The translations under genes were made by a program, and so were the position numbers. 64,000 nucleotides of DNA from Gaiellaceae bacterium. Its GTDB lineage: Bacteria; Actinomycetota; Thermoleophilia; Gaiellales; Gaiellaceae. Position 1 is the stretch's first letter. Each line of letters begins with the position of its first letter. Under the pieces are notes generated by a model that was not told the origin of the DNA, did no database searches, and saw only the letters and a list, made by a program, of their open reading frames with translations. The stretch is taken from NCBI GenBank assembly GCA_036257855.1, contig DATAET010000124.1, forward strand, positions 4,087-68,086. The letters run 5' to 3'. Of the stretch, positions 1 through 10,209 are shown in pieces.

Positions 1-204
1 GGTTCCGCTGCTGGCCCCATCGCGTGCCATCTCTGCCGATACGGCCTCGTCGAGTGGGGAGAGTGGATCGAGATCTCGCAGGGCGTCGAGATCGGTCGCC
101 CGTCGACGCTGTTCGCACGGGCAGACGGTGGCGCCGGCGAGATCGCGAGGGTGTTCTGCGGCGGTCGAGCCGTGGTCGTCGCGCGCGGCGAGTTCCGGCT
201 CTAG
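1..204 (+). CDS. partial CDS (3' end only), product unidentified
   Basis: The frame is open from base 1 to TAG 202-204, with G/C-dominated third positions (...EISQGVEIGRPSTLFARADGGAGEIARVFCGGRAVVVARGEFRL*). It is absent from the ORF track because no start lies in the window. Its stop overlaps the convergent kinase stop in CTAG (201-204). Confidence 0.35.
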   Translation, partial: GSAAGPIACHLCRYGLVEWGEWIEISQGVEIGRPSTLFARADGGAGEIARVFCGGRAVVVARGEFRL

Positions 205-998
205 GAAGCCGCGAGGAGATCCGCAACGGTCGCCGTGGCCTCGCGGGCGGCCTCGACGGGCTCGGCGCCCGCGGCGCGCCGGACGAGATACGCCACCGAG
301 TACGTGTCACCGGCACCCGTCGGGTCGATGTCTCGTTCGACGGGGGCGGCCGGCACGTGCTCGACGAGATCGGGCGTCACCACCCATGCACCCTGCGAGC
401 CGAGCGTCAGGAGCACCTCCGGCACGCCGAGCCCGTGGAGCCTCTCCGGCTCCGCGCTGCCGACGAGGGTCTCCGCCTCCTCGTCGTTCAGCTTCAGGAT
501 CTCGACGTGGCGGAGCGCGTCGCCGATCTCGGCGTCGGTGTGGAGTGGCCCCACCGTGGCCGTCCGCACGAGGCCCTGGAGATCCACGAGCAGCTGCCTG
601 CCGTCGGACGCGAGAGCCGCGAGCGTCTCGGGCGGGAAGTCCGTCCGCGTCAACGCGCAGACGTCGACCCAGGCAGCGCCGCCGGCGGCGGCTACGGCCT
701 CTTCCGCACCCCACGGGTCGCCGACCGCGTCCTGCCACATGATCCGGCGGTCGCCCTCGTAGTGGAAGCTGTACGCCGTCGTCACCGAGGACTCGCGCCA
801 GCTCGCGGGTAGGCCGAAAGCCTCGAGCGGTTCCATCAGCGCGACGCGGTCCTCCGCGCTGCACGAGGCGGTGGCGCGCGCGTCTGCGCCGAGTCGCGAA
901 AGTGCTCGCGTGGCGTAGAAGACGCCGCCGCCAGGCCGCGGAGGGTCGCCCTCGACGACGTCGCGGGAGAGGTGGCCCACTACGGCGATCAGGGTCAT
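201..998 (-). CDS. PfkB-family (ribokinase-like) carbohydrate/nucleoside kinase
   Basis: This is the C-terminal 265 aa of tracked ORF 201..1931, starting at ATG 998 (MTLIAVVGHLSRDVV...). It has a ribokinase-type DPTGAGDT motif. ATGA (995-998) overlaps the upstream permease stop. The rest of the tracked ORF is R/P-rich off-frame sequence across the permease gene. Confidence 0.8.
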   Translation of the reverse strand: MTLIAVVGHLSRDVVEGDPPRPGGGVFYATRALSRLGADARATASCSAEDRVALMEPLEAFGLPASWRESSVTTAYSFHYEGDRRIMWQDAVGDPWGAEEAVAAAGGAAWVDVCALTRTDFPPETLAALASDGRQLLVDLQGLVRTATVGPLHTDAEIGDALRHVEILKLNDEEAETLVGSAEPERLHGLGVPEVLLTLGSQGAWVVTPDLVEHVPAAPVERDIDPTGAGDTYSVAYLVRRAAGAEPVEAAREATATVADLLAAS

Positions 999-2344
999 GC
1001 CGCCGCGGCACCCGTCGTCAGGCTTCGGGCGAGGCGCGCCACGACCGTTGCGATCCCGAACGCCACGAGGAAGCTGGGGACGGTCGCCCCGATGCCCCAG
1101 TCGGGCGGGTGGAGCACGTCGACCGCGTCGACCCACCATGACGGCCCCGTCGGGTAGAGCCACTGATAGAGGGCGAAGCCGACGATCCACGCCGCGATCA
1201 GCCCCGGGCGCCAGGCAGGCGCGTCGAACACGTCCTCCGTCGTGTAGTGCGCACCGGCCGCGAGCCAGTCCGCGAGCAGCACCGCGAACAGCGGGACGAA
1301 GACCGAGCCCAGCAGGAGGAGGAAGCTCTGGTAGCTCACGAAGTCGACGACGAGGGCCCCGGCGGTCGCGATCGCCGTGACGACGACGATCAGCAGCGCT
1401 TGCGGCGCGCGAGGCACCGCGTTCTGCAGTGAGACCGCGGCCGAGTAGGCGTTCGCGAAGGCCTCGTCCGTCTCCGTGACGAGGAGCGCGAAGAGCGCGG
1501 CGATCGCGGCGAACCCGCCCGCGACGACGGCGGCCGGGAGCGCCGCCGGATCTCCGAGGTTCCGCGAGAGCACGAGCACGGCCCCGAGTGCGAGCAGCCA
1601 GGCGTCTGGGACGAAGTAGCCGAGACCCGTTCCTACGAGGGCGCCTCGACGGGTCTTCGAGAACCGCGTGTAGTCCGCCGCGTAGGGCACCCACGAGACG
1701 GTGATCCCGACGACGACGTCTGCGCCCTGCCACACGGACAGCCCTCCCTCTCCGTCGGCCGACCAGAGCGCATGGAGGTCGGCCCCGTCGAGCGCCCACC
1801 AGCTGAGGTAGAGGATCGCGAGCGGGACCGCCCACACCGCGAAACGACGGATGAACCGCCGCACGAAGCCGATGGGGCCGAGGAGGGCGAGCGCCAGCGC
1901 GCACGCGCCGAACACGATCGTCCAGAGCCACTGCGCGCGGAACCCGAGGAGCTCGTCCGACAGCGCAGCGGCCGCGGTCGCGATGACGAGGAGTTCGAAG
2001 ATGGTCCAGCCGATCCCCTGGAGGACGTTGATCGTGGTCGGGAGCAGTGAGCCGCGCTGGCCGAGGGGGGCGCGCATGAGCGCCATCCCCGGAACGCGTG
2101 CATCCGCTCCGATCATCCCTGCGACGGCGAGCATCGCGTTCCCGATGAGGCAGCCGAGGAGGATCGCGACGATCGCCTCGGGGAGTGAGAGGGCCGGCAC
2201 GAGCACCGCCCCGGCCACGATCACGAGCAACGACACGCCGAGGTTGCCCCAGAGCAGGCCCGTCTCGAGCCCGCTCAGTACCCGCAGCCTGGGTGGGACC
2301 GGGTCGATGCCCCAGCTGCCCTCGATCGGCTCCCGAGTGGCCAT
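995..2344 (-). CDS. NCS1-type (purine-cytosine / CytX-like) permease
   Basis: 449-aa polytopic membrane protein (MATREPIEGSWGIDPVPPRLRVLSGLETGLLWGNLGVSLLV...). Its composition and length are typical of the nucleobase-cation symporter-1 family. It is translationally coupled to the kinase. Confidence 0.75.
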   Translation of the reverse strand: MATREPIEGSWGIDPVPPRLRVLSGLETGLLWGNLGVSLLVIVAGAVLVPALSLPEAIVAILLGCLIGNAMLAVAGMIGADARVPGMALMRAPLGQRGSLLPTTINVLQGIGWTIFELLVIATAAAALSDELLGFRAQWLWTIVFGACALALALLGPIGFVRRFIRRFAVWAVPLAILYLSWWALDGADLHALWSADGEGGLSVWQGADVVVGITVSWVPYAADYTRFSKTRRGALVGTGLGYFVPDAWLLALGAVLVLSRNLGDPAALPAAVVAGGFAAIAALFALLVTETDEAFANAYSAAVSLQNAVPRAPQALLIVVVTAIATAGALVVDFVSYQSFLLLLGSVFVPLFAVLLADWLAAGAHYTTEDVFDAPAWRPGLIAAWIVGFALYQWLYPTGPSWWVDAVDVLHPPDWGIGATVPSFLVAFGIATVVARLARSLTTGAAAA

Positions 2345-2351
2345 CAGGCGG

Positions 2352-3110
2352 ATGAGGCTAGATGATCCCTCCGTGATCCCCCGTTACTACGTCGTCGCCG
2401 AGTCCGCGCACGCCCTCCAGAATCCGACCTCGAAGGAGAAGCTCCTGCTCCTGGGCGAGCGCCTCGGTCTCGACCCGGGCTCTCGCGTGCTCGACGTCGC
2501 TTCGGGCCGCGGCGGCCCGGCGCTGATCCTCGCGGAGGCATTCGGATGCCGGATCGACGGGGTCGAGATCGAGCCGGCGTTCCACGCGGTCGCCCTCCAG
2601 CGAGCGGCGGACGCGGGCCTCTCCGAGAGGCTCTCGTTCGGCCTCGGCGACGGGGCACGGGCGACGTTCGAGCCGGACGCCTACGACGCCGCGTTGTGCC
2701 TGGGCGCCAGCTTCGTGTTCGGCACCCTGGCGGACACGGTGGACGCGCTCGCGCCAGCCGTTCGGAAGGGCGGCCACGTCGCCGTCGGCGAGCCGTTCTG
2801 GCGTAGCCTCCCGCTGCCCGACGACTACGAGGAGCGCGACGGCCCGTGGACGAGCCTCGAAGGAACGGTCGTGGCCTTCGAGACGTCAGGGTTGTCGGTC
2901 GTGTCGGTCATCGCCTCCTCGGAGGACGACTGGGACCGCTACGAGACACTCCACTGGCAGGCGGTCGAGAGCTGGCTCGACGCGAACCCGCACGACGCCG
3001 ACGCGCCCGAGATCCGGTCGCGGCAGGAGCGTCACAAGCGAAACTACCTTCGTCACGGCCGCGACTCCCTCGGCTGGGCGATCTTCGTGGGCCGCAAGCG
3101 CACGCCCTAG
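2352..3110 (+). CDS. class I SAM-dependent methyltransferase
   Basis: SAM-binding motif VLDVASGRGGPALILAE. I take the start at ATG 2352, with in-frame GTG 2373 as an alternative. The tracked ORF 1851..3110 extends upstream as antisense of the permease. Confidence 0.75.
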   Translation: MRLDDPSVIPRYYVVAESAHALQNPTSKEKLLLLGERLGLDPGSRVLDVASGRGGPALILAEAFGCRIDGVEIEPAFHAVALQRAADAGLSERLSFGLGDGARATFEPDAYDAALCLGASFVFGTLADTVDALAPAVRKGGHVAVGEPFWRSLPLPDDYEERDGPWTSLEGTVVAFETSGLSVVSVIASSEDDWDRYETLHWQAVESWLDANPHDADAPEIRSRQERHKRNYLRHGRDSLGWAIFVGRKRTP

Positions 3111-3116
3111 ACGACC

Positions 3117-5087
3117 ATGGCGCATCCGGACATCCCCGCTGAGCAGGCGTACCTCGACCACGCCTACGAGTGCCTCGAGCAGATGCGGCAGGCGCTGCTG
3201 CGCACCGTTGGAGCCGCGGGTGTCGGCGCCGAGGGCGCCGACATCGCCGTGAGCCGCGTCGAAGCCTGGGTGGATCGGCGTCTCGCCGCCTACGACAGGG
3301 CGGAGCAGATCCTCTGCTTCGGCCGCATCGACGTCGAGTCGGTGACGGACCCGCTCTACGTGGGCCGCCGCTGGGTGCAGGACGACGACGGCGTGCTCGT
3401 CGTCAACTGGCAGGCCCCTGCCGCGCGGCCCTTCTACACGGCGACGCCGGCCGAGCCGCACGGCGTCACCCTCCGCCGCCGCTTTCGGCTTCAGGGACGG
3501 ACCCTCACGGGCATCAGCGACGAAGCGCTCGACGGCTCGCTCGCCGAGGTGGCGAGCTCGATCGACGACTTCCTGCTCGAGGCGCTCGAGCGTTCTCGCG
3601 ATGCGCGGATGCGCGACATCGTCGCGACGATCCAGGCCGACCAGTACGGGCTCATCGCCCGCGCACCCGAGCCGCCGCTCGTCATCCAGGGCGGTCCTGG
3701 GACGGGGAAGACGGCGGTCGGGCTCCATCGTGCCTCGTACCTCCTGTACGAACACCGTGACGCCCTGCGGCGCATCCTCGTCGTCGGGCCGAACCCGACG
3801 TTCATGGACTACGTCTCGCACGTCCTTCCGGCACTCGGCGAGGATGCCGTCGACCAGCTCGCCGTCGCCGAGCTCGTCGCGGGCGCAGAGGTGACACTTG
3901 CCGATTCGCAAGACGTCGAGCGGCTGAAGGCGGATCCACGGCTCGCCGAGGTCGTCGGGCACGCCGTGGAGCTCCGCACGCGCGGTCGCCCCGAGGAGCT
4001 CGTCGTCCGGCTCGAGGGCAGGTTCGTCGGGGTGGAGGCCGGCGAGGTGGAGTTGATCCTGCGCTCCGTCCGTTCGGAGCACGGGCTGTCCGCGGCCGCG
4101 CGGGAGCGGTTCCGGATGGACGTTCTGCGGCGCTTCTACGCCGACTACGGCGACGAGCTCGGCGGCCTCGCGGTACGTTCGTTCGAGGAGATCGAGAGAA
4201 CTCTGCGCAGGGACGGGCTCCTGACCGGCTTTCTCGATCGTGTCTGGCCCGCGCCGAAGCCCGAACAGGTCGTCCGCCAGCTCCTCTCCTCGCGCGAGCG
4301 GCTCGCAGAGGCGGCCGAGGACATCCTCGACGACGACGAGCAGAAGCTCCTCAGACGGGGGAAGGCGGGTTGGAGCTCCGGCGATCTCCCGCTGCTCGAC
4401 GAGGCGAGGGCGATTCTCCACGGCGTGGTGCGCTACGGCCACGTCATCGTCGACGAGGCGCAGGACCTGACGCCGATGCAGGTCCGCATGATCGCGCGGC
4501 GGACGAGGGGCTCCTTCACGATCCTCGGGGACGTCGCGCAGGCGACCGGGCCGGTCCCGTACACGCGCTGGGAAGACCTGCTCGGGCACCTGCCCGGCGG
4601 TGAGCTCGCAACGGTCGAGGAGCTTCGCCATGCCTACCGCGTGCCGCGCGAGATCATGGCGCTCGCGCTGCCGCTCCTCGCGCACATCGCGCCCGACACC
4701 GAGCCTCCCGTTGCCTATCGCGCGGGCGCCGCACCTCCTCGTTTCGTGTGGGGCGAGTCGCCGCTCGACGCCGCCCTCGAGGAGGCGGCCCGTCTCGGCT
4801 CGGAGGAGGGGCTGCTCGCCATCATCGCTCCCGCCTCGCTGCGCGGGGACGAGGCGACGGGATCCTTGTTCGACGACAGTCGTATCCCTGTCCTCACCCC
4901 GCGCGAGGCGAAGGGGATGGAGTTCGACCACGTGATCGTGGTCGAGCCGGCGCAGATCGTGGAGGAGGCGGTAGGGGGACAGGGGCTTCGCGAGCTCTAC
5001 GTGGCACTGACTCGACCGACGACGTCGCTCGTCGTCGTCCACGACCGGCCGCTCCCGCCGGAGCTGGCCGCGGAAGCCTTCGACTAG
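3117..5087 (+). CDS. helD: HelD-type UvrD-like helicase (RNA-polymerase recycling ATPase, class II)
   Basis: Walker [21 protein letters not shown] and a [10 protein letters not shown] motif. The N-terminal coiled region ([18 protein letters not shown]) is typical of actinobacterial HelD/HelR. It lies 6 nt after the methyltransferase stop. Confidence 0.8.
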   Translation: MAHPDIPAEQAYLDHAYECLEQMRQALLRTVGAAGVGAEGADIAVSRVEAWVDRRLAAYDRAEQILCFGRIDVESVTDPLYVGRRWVQDDDGVLVVNWQAPAARPFYTATPAEPHGVTLRRRFRLQGRTLTGISDEALDGSLAEVASSIDDFLLEALERSRDARMRDIVATIQADQYGLIARAPEPPLVIQGGPGTGKTAVGLHRASYLLYEHRDALRRILVVGPNPTFMDYVSHVLPALGEDAVDQLAVAELVAGAEVTLADSQDVERLKADPRLAEVVGHAVELRTRGRPEELVVRLEGRFVGVEAGEVELILRSVRSEHGLSAAARERFRMDVLRRFYADYGDELGGLAVRSFEEIERTLRRDGLLTGFLDRVWPAPKPEQVVRQLLSSRERLAEAAEDILDDDEQKLLRRGKAGWSSGDLPLLDEARAILHGVVRYGHVIVDEAQDLTPMQVRMIARRTRGSFTILGDVAQATGPVPYTRWEDLLGHLPGGELATVEELRHAYRVPREIMALALPLLAHIAPDTEPPVAYRAGAAPPRFVWGESPLDAALEEAARLGSEEGLLAIIAPASLRGDEATGSLFDDSRIPVLTPREAKGMEFDHVIVVEPAQIVEEAVGGQGLRELYVALTRPTTSLVVVHDRPLPPELAAEAFD

Positions 5088-8000
5088 GCCGCGAGCAGGC
5101 GGCGCAGCACGAACGGGAGGATCCCGCCGTGCCGCAGGTACTCGCGCTCGCGGGGCGTATCGAGCCGGACGGTCACCCGGAACTCCTTGTCGTCGGCGCG
5201 CACGGTCACCTCGTCGGCTTCGGCGTTCTCGAGCCCGGTGATCGCGAACTCCTCGCGACCGGTGAGCCCCAGAGACTCGCGGCCGCCGCCGGAGAGGAAC
5301 TGCAGCGGCAGCACGCCCATCATGAGGAGGTTCGAGCGGTGGATCCGTTCGTAGCTCTCCGCGATCACCGCGCGCACACCGAGGAGCTTCGGGCCCTTCG
5401 CCGCCCAGTCGCGCGACGAGCCGGAGCCGTACTCCCTGCCGGCCAGGACGATCAGCGGCGTGCCCTCCTGCCGGTACCGCTCGGCGGCCTCGTAGATCGT
5501 CGTCTCCTCGCCCGAGGGAATGTGCAGCGTCCACGTTCCCTCGGAGCCGGGAACGAGCAGGTTGCGCAGCCGCACGTTCGCGAACGTGCCGCGGACCATG
5601 ACCTCGTGGTTACCGCGTCGTGAGCCGTAGGAGTTGAAGTCCTTGCGCTCGACGCCGTTCTCGACGAGGTAGCGGCCGGCCGGTGCATCCGGCTTGATCG
5701 CTCCCGCGGGCGAGATGTGATCGGTCGTCACCGAGTCGCCGACGGCGACCAGGCACCGCGCTCCGGAGATGTCCTCGACGAGCCCGGGGTCGATCGGCAT
5801 CCCGTCGAAGTACGGCGGGAGTCGAACGTACGTCGAGTCGGGATCCCACTCGAACAGCTCGCCTTCCGGAACCGGCAGCCCGCGCCAGGTCTCGTCGCCC
5901 GTGAAGACGTCCGCGTACGTCGCGCGGAACATCTCCTGGCCGATCGCGAAGGCGATGGTATCGCTCACCTCCTCCGGTGAGGGCCAGATGTCCGCGAGGA
6001 ACACCTCCTCGCCGTCCGATCCGACTCCGAGCGGCTCGGTCGCGAGGTCGATGTCCATCCGTCCTGTCAGTGCGTAGGCGACGACGAGCGGAGGAGACGC
6101 GAGGTAGTTCGCCTTCACCTCCGGGTGGATGCGCGCCTCGAAGTTGCGGTTGCCCGAGAGCACCGCGCAGACGACCAGGTCCCCCTGGGACACGCCCTTG
6201 GAGATCTCCTCGGGCAGCGGGCCGGAGTTCCCGATGCAGGTCGTGCATCCGTACCCGACGGTGTAGAAGCCGAGCTCCTCGAGGAAGGGGGTCAGCCCGG
6301 CCTTCTCGTAGTACTCCGTGACCACCTTCGAGCCGGGTGCGAGGCTCGACTTCACCCAGGGCTTGCGGGCGAGGCCACGCTCGACCGCCTTCTTCGCCAG
6401 CAGACCCGCCCCGACCATCACGGCTGGATTCGACGTGTTCGTGCAGGACGTGATCGCCGCGATCACGACCGAGCCGTGGTCGAGCTTGAAGGTCTCGCCG
6501 TCGAGCGTCACCTCGACCGCCGAGCGCTCGGCGAGGACGATCCGGGGTGCCGTCGAGATGATCGCTCCACCGTTCTCGGCTTCGTGGCCCGGAGCTGAGG
6601 ACGCGAGCGGGTCGCTCGCCGGGAAGGTCTCGGACACGGCCTCATCGTGCGCGTTGCCGTAGTCCACGCCGAAGGTCGGCAGGGTCTCGACGAACGCGCG
6701 CTTGGCCTCACGGAGTGCCACGCGGTCCTGCGGCCGGCGGGGCCCGGCGAGCGACGGCTCGACCGTCGAGAGGTCGAGCTCCACGACCTGCGAGTAGGTC
6801 GGCGGCTCGTCGGGCTCGTGCCACAGCGCGTTCTCCTTGCAGTACGCCTCGACGAGGGCGATGCGCTCCGCAGAACGGCCGGTGAGCCTCAGGTAGCGGA
6901 GCGTCTCCTCGTCCACGGGGAAGAACCCGCACGTCGCACCGTACTCGGGCGACATGTTTCCGAGGGTCGCCCGGTCGGCGAGCGGGAGCGATCCGACGCC
7001 GTGCCCGAAGTACTCGACGAACTTCCCGACGACGCCCGTCTCCCGAAGGATCTGTGTGACCGTCAGGACCAGATCGGTCGCCGTCGAGCCCTCCGGCAGC
7101 GCGCCCGTCAGGCGGAACCCGACCACCTGGGGGACGAGCATCGAGATCGGCTCACCCAGCATTCCCGCCTCGGCCTCGATCCCGCCCACGCCCCAGCCGA
7201 GCACCCCGAGGCCGTTGATCATCGTCGTGTGCGAGTCCGTGCCGACGAGTGTGTCGGGGAAGGCGACGCCGTCGCGCTCGTCGACCACGCGCGCGAGGAA
7301 CTCGAGATTGACCTGGTGCACGATTCCGGTGCTCGGCGGCACGACCTTGAAGTTGTCGAACGCCCCCTGGCCCCAGCGGAGGAACGCATAGCGCTCGCGG
7401 TTCCGCTGGAACTCGAGCTCGGCGTTGCGGAACATGGCTCGCCGGGTCGCGAACTCGTCGACCTGCACCGAGTGGTCGATGACGAGCTCCACGGGCAGCA
7501 GCGGGTTGATCTTCTTCGGGTCACCGCCGAGGTCGTGCATCGCGTTTCGCATCGCCGCGAGGTCGACGACCGCAGGAACGCCGGTGAAGTCCTGCAGGAG
7601 GACACGCCCGGGGCTGAACGAGATCTCGTTCGACGGATCCGCCGTCGCGACCCAGCCGGCGACGGCCTCCACGTCTGCCGCGGTCACTCCCATCCCGTCT
7701 TCCATGCGCAGGACGTTCTCGAGGAGGATCCGGAGGGTGTACGGCAGCCGCCTGACGTCGTAGCTGGCTTGCAGGGCGTCGACGCGGAAGAGCACGCGCT
7801 TCATTCCACCGACCTCGAGCGTCGCGCGTGCACCGAAGCTGTTCGGGTGCGCCATCGCTCCCGATTCAAGCAGCTTGGGCCGTGTGAGCCGGTCCAGGCC
7901 CCGTTCCGTAAGCGTCCTCGACTGCGGGTCGAAGTGGTGCGCGACCGCTCGCGCATACGGGCTGCCGACGCGACGCGCGTACGCAGCGAAGCCCTCGTCG

Positions 8001-8731
8001 CGGAGCGGGCGCAGGTCGTCGGAGTACGGGTCGAGGACGTGCATGCGCCCGACCTTACGGGCGGAGTTGAAGAACGCGAGCCCCACTCCCAGTGAGACCT
8101 CGAGCAGCGACCCCTGCTCGCGGTCGGCCTCGGCGACGAGCCCTCGGTAGGCGGCGGCGAGCTCCGGCGGCGTGGGCAGGCCCTTCGCATCGGCACGTAG
8201 GTCCGCGAGCGAGCGCCGGAGCCCTTCCACCTCGAGGGGCGGGATGTCGATCAGGCGCGCGGTCGTGCCGCTCGCGCCCTCGAGTGCGGCGAGCAGGTCG
8301 TCGACCGACGCCAGCTCGGCGTCCGCGGCGATGACGCCGGCGGCCTTCAGCTCTCCGACGAGCGCGTCGAGGTAGACGCGCGTGCCGCGCGTGACGTCCG
8401 CGGCCGCGGCGAGGAGCCAGAGCGGCGAGAACCCGAACGCGAGGATGGAGCCGAGCTCGACGACGTTCCCGCCCGTCTTGCGGATGGCGAGCTTCTTCGC
8501 CGACTGCTCGACCTCGCCCGCCACCGTCCGGGTGTCGCGCTCGACACCTCCGACGAGCTCGACGGTGATGCGGAGCAGGTTCTTCGCGGTCGCCTCGTAC
8601 AGGCGAGAGCGGCGCACGAGCCTCGGGAGGACGAGCTCGGCGGTCTCGTGGAGCGTCCCGCCGAGAGCGGCGGCCACGGCGCGCACGATGCGCTCGGGGA
8701 TCGAGGCGGCGTACTCGCTGATCCGGCGCAC
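5084..8731 (-). CDS. acnA: aconitate hydratase (AcnA) ORF carrying an in-frame 292-aa N-terminal extension
   Basis: The ORF is continuous for 1215 aa. From ATG 7855 ([17 protein letters not shown]...) it is a full-length AcnA of 923 aa, with IRP/aconitase motifs, CTNTSNP and [11 protein letters not shown]. The upstream 292 aa share the frame with no stop and start at GTG 8731. Confidence 0.85.
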   Translation of the reverse strand: MRRISEYAASIPERIVRAVAAALGGTLHETAELVLPRLVRRSRLYEATAKNLLRITVELVGGVERDTRTVAGEVEQSAKKLAIRKTGGNVVELGSILAFGFSPLWLLAAAADVTRGTRVYLDALVGELKAAGVIAADAELASVDDLLAALEGASGTTARLIDIPPLEVEGLRRSLADLRADAKGLPTPPELAAAYRGLVAEADREQGSLLEVSLGVGLAFFNSARKVGRMHVLDPYSDDLRPLRDEGFAAYARRVGSPYARAVAHHFDPQSRTLTERGLDRLTRPKLLESGAMAHPNSFGARATLEVGGMKRVLFRVDALQASYDVRRLPYTLRILLENVLRMEDGMGVTAADVEAVAGWVATADPSNEISFSPGRVLLQDFTGVPAVVDLAAMRNAMHDLGGDPKKINPLLPVELVIDHSVQVDEFATRRAMFRNAELEFQRNRERYAFLRWGQGAFDNFKVVPPSTGIVHQVNLEFLARVVDERDGVAFPDTLVGTDSHTTMINGLGVLGWGVGGIEAEAGMLGEPISMLVPQVVGFRLTGALPEGSTATDLVLTVTQILRETGVVGKFVEYFGHGVGSLPLADRATLGNMSPEYGATCGFFPVDEETLRYLRLTGRSAERIALVEAYCKENALWHEPDEPPTYSQVVELDLSTVEPSLAGPRRPQDRVALREAKRAFVETLPTFGVDYGNAHDEAVSETFPASDPLASSAPGHEAENGGAIISTAPRIVLAERSAVEVTLDGETFKLDHGSVVIAAITSCTNTSNPAVMVGAGLLAKKAVERGLARKPWVKSSLAPGSKVVTEYYEKAGLTPFLEELGFYTVGYGCTTCIGNSGPLPEEISKGVSQGDLVVCAVLSGNRNFEARIHPEVKANYLASPPLVVAYALTGRMDIDLATEPLGVGSDGEEVFLADIWPSPEEVSDTIAFAIGQEMFRATYADVFTGDETWRGLPVPEGELFEWDPDSTYVRLPPYFDGMPIDPGLVEDISGARCLVAVGDSVTTDHISPAGAIKPDAPAGRYLVENGVERKDFNSYGSRRGNHEVMVRGTFANVRLRNLLVPGSEGTWTLHIPSGEETTIYEAAERYRQEGTPLIVLAGREYGSGSSRDWAAKGPKLLGVRAVIAESYERIHRSNLLMMGVLPLQFLSGGGRESLGLTGREEFAITGLENAEADEVTVRADDKEFRVTVRLDTPREREYLRHGGILPFVLRRLLAA
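7856..8731 (-). other. unassigned 292-aa coding segment fused in-frame to acnA
   Basis: Balanced, protein-like composition ([25 protein letters not shown]...[37 protein letters not shown]...), whereas the other frames are R/P/S-rich. There is no stop before the aconitase ATG. I recognise no family. Confidence 0.5.
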
Positions 8732-9192
8732 TAGCTCTCGGAGACGCCGTCGATCGGCTTCGCGCCGACCGCAACGCCGCCGAACGCGGTGAAGCCGTCG
8801 AGCCTGAGCGTCGGGGCGTCCTCACCAGGCCTCGCCGGGCTCACGGCAACGCCTCCTCCGAGCGCCTTGACGTTCGACTCGATCCTCCACTCGGGCGGGA
8901 CGCGGATCGCGATCCCACCGAACAGCGAGTGGACGTCAAGGTGCGCGTCGGACGCGAGCTGCGCCTCCCTCAGGTCGACGGCGACGCCGCCGAACCACGA
9001 GAGCATCGAGCCGCCGCGAAACGCTTTCGCGTGACTCTTCATCGCGACGCCGTCGAAGATGGCGACCAGCGCGACCTCGTCGCTCTCTGCGTCACCGCGC
9101 GACGGGAGCATCCGCTTCGCGAGCGCGGCCGACGCGAGCGTGCCCACCCAGAACCCGAGCTTGAAGAGGAGCAGGGCACGGAGGAAGCGCAT
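8731..9192 (-). CDS. LiaF-like (DUF2154, cell-wall-active antibiotic response) membrane-anchored protein
   Basis: The start is ATG 9192 ([24 protein letters not shown]...). The sequence has one N-terminal TM segment and repeated FGG(V/I)A(V/I) beta-strand motifs. Stop TAG 8733-8731 overlaps the GTG start of the next ORF (TAGTG). Confidence 0.55.
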   Translation of the reverse strand: MRFLRALLLFKLGFWVGTLASAALAKRMLPSRGDAESDEVALVAIFDGVAMKSHAKAFRGGSMLSWFGGVAVDLREAQLASDAHLDVHSLFGGIAIRVPPEWRIESNVKALGGGVAVSPARPGEDAPTLRLDGFTAFGGVAVGAKPIDGVSES

Positions 9193-9220
9193 GGCCGCAG
9201 CGTACCCCCCGGCGTCTAGC

Positions 9221-9478
9221 ATGGCCGACGTGCAGACCGATGCGATTCGTTCGCTCCTCGAGCAGGCGTTCCCGGACGCCGCGACGCTCGACGTCGAGGA
9301 CCGGACGGGGACGGGCGACCACTTCCAGGTCACCGTCGTCAGTTCCACGTTCGACGGCCTCGCGCTCCTCGACCAGCATCGACGCGTGAACGACGCGCTC
9401 GCCGTACCGCTCGGCGACGGTTCCATCCACGAGCTCCGCATCAGAACTCGAGTCGGATCGACGAAAGGAACGTCATGA
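9221..9478 (+). CDS. bolA: BolA family protein
   Basis: MADVQTDAIRSLLEQAFPDAATLDVEDRTGTGDHFQVTVVSSTFDGLALLDQHRRVNDAL...IHELRI matches the BolA fold signature. ATGA overlaps the glutaredoxin start. Confidence 0.8.
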   Translation: MADVQTDAIRSLLEQAFPDAATLDVEDRTGTGDHFQVTVVSSTFDGLALLDQHRRVNDALAVPLGDGSIHELRIRTRVGSTKGTS

Positions 9479-9837
9479 AGACCCTGAACGAGCAGATCTC
9501 CGAGGTCATCGCGAACGAGCCGGTGACGCTCTTCATGAAGGGGACGCCGCAGATGGTGATGTGCGGCAATTCACAGCGCGCCCTGCAGGCGCTGCACGCC
9601 GCCGGCGCTCCGATCACGACGGTCGACATCCTCCCGGACCCGCGCATCCGTCAGGAGCTGTCCGCGATCTCGGGCTGGCCCACGATTCCGCAGGTCTTCG
9701 TCAAGGGCGAGCTCATCGGAGGCGCGGACATCACGGAGGAGCTCCTCGCGTCCGGCGAGCTCCGCCGGAAGCTCGACGACGAGCTCGGCGCCGATCGGGA
9801 GGAAGACGTCAAGGTCGTCGCGCTCGAGCTGACCTAA
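9475..9837 (+). CDS. monothiol glutaredoxin (Grx4/GrxD type)
   Basis: PVTLFMKGTPQMVMCGNSQRA...WPTIPQVFVKGELIGGADI has a CGNS variant of the CGFS active site. An AAAGGAA box lies 4 nt upstream of the ATG. This is the classic BolA-Grx pair. Confidence 0.85.
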   Translation: MKTLNEQISEVIANEPVTLFMKGTPQMVMCGNSQRALQALHAAGAPITTVDILPDPRIRQELSAISGWPTIPQVFVKGELIGGADITEELLASGELRRKLDDELGADREEDVKVVALELT

Positions 9838-9890
9838 CGGCCGCGGTCCAGGAGTTCCATTTCGGCCCCGGCCCGAGTACCTTCTGATGC

Positions 9891-10202
9891 ATGGGGGCTG
9901 GGCTGGGAGCGCTGCAGGCGTGGTTCGCCGCGCACTGCGACGGTAACTGGGAGCAGGAGTACGGCGTCACGATCCAGACGGTCGAGGAGCCGGGCTGGGA
10001 GCTGCGCGTCGACCTCGTCGGCACGTCGCTCGAAGGCATCGTGCTCGCCCGCGAAGGTGTCGCGCGCGCCGACGAGGACTGGTGCGAGGTGTGGTGCGAC
10101 GGCTACACCTTCCACGCGGTCGGGGGTCCGCACAACCTCGACGAGTTGCTCGGCTCGTTCGTGAGCTTCGCCGAGCTTCACTCCGCCGCGGTCGAGGCCT
10201 AG
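9891..10202 (+). CDS. Imm53-family immunity protein-like
   Basis: LQAWFAAHCDGNWEQEYGVTIQTVEEPGWELRVDLVGTSLEG...DWCEVWCDGYTFHAVGGPHNLDELL matches my recollection of the Imm53 signature (CDGDWEH..G..I.TLDNPGW...IDL). Confidence 0.65.
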   Translation: MGAGLGALQAWFAAHCDGNWEQEYGVTIQTVEEPGWELRVDLVGTSLEGIVLAREGVARADEDWCEVWCDGYTFHAVGGPHNLDELLGSFVSFAELHSAAVEA

Positions 10203-10209
10203 CCCGCGC

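Noticed and set aside
2345-3116. Expected regulatory RNA/DNA elements: a TPP or other riboswitch ahead of the NCS1-kinase operon, and a rifamycin-associated element ahead of helD.
   Set aside because: The permease start is 7 nt from the divergent methyltransferase ATG, and helD starts 6 nt after the methyltransferase stop. There is no room for either element, and I saw no matching palindrome in the adjacent coding sequence.
2886-5534. 882-aa minus-strand ORF antisense to helD, and many similar long ORFs in the track.
   Set aside because: The composition is extremely R/A/P/G/D-rich and low-complexity, and each overlaps a motif-bearing gene on the other strand. This is the expected artefact of stop-poor off-frames in very GC-rich DNA.
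7841-7855. GGGAG upstream of the internal aconitase ATG, as proof of an independent start.
   Set aside because: The spacing to the ATG is only 2 nt, too short for a functional Shine-Dalgarno. It does not settle fusion versus separate initiation.
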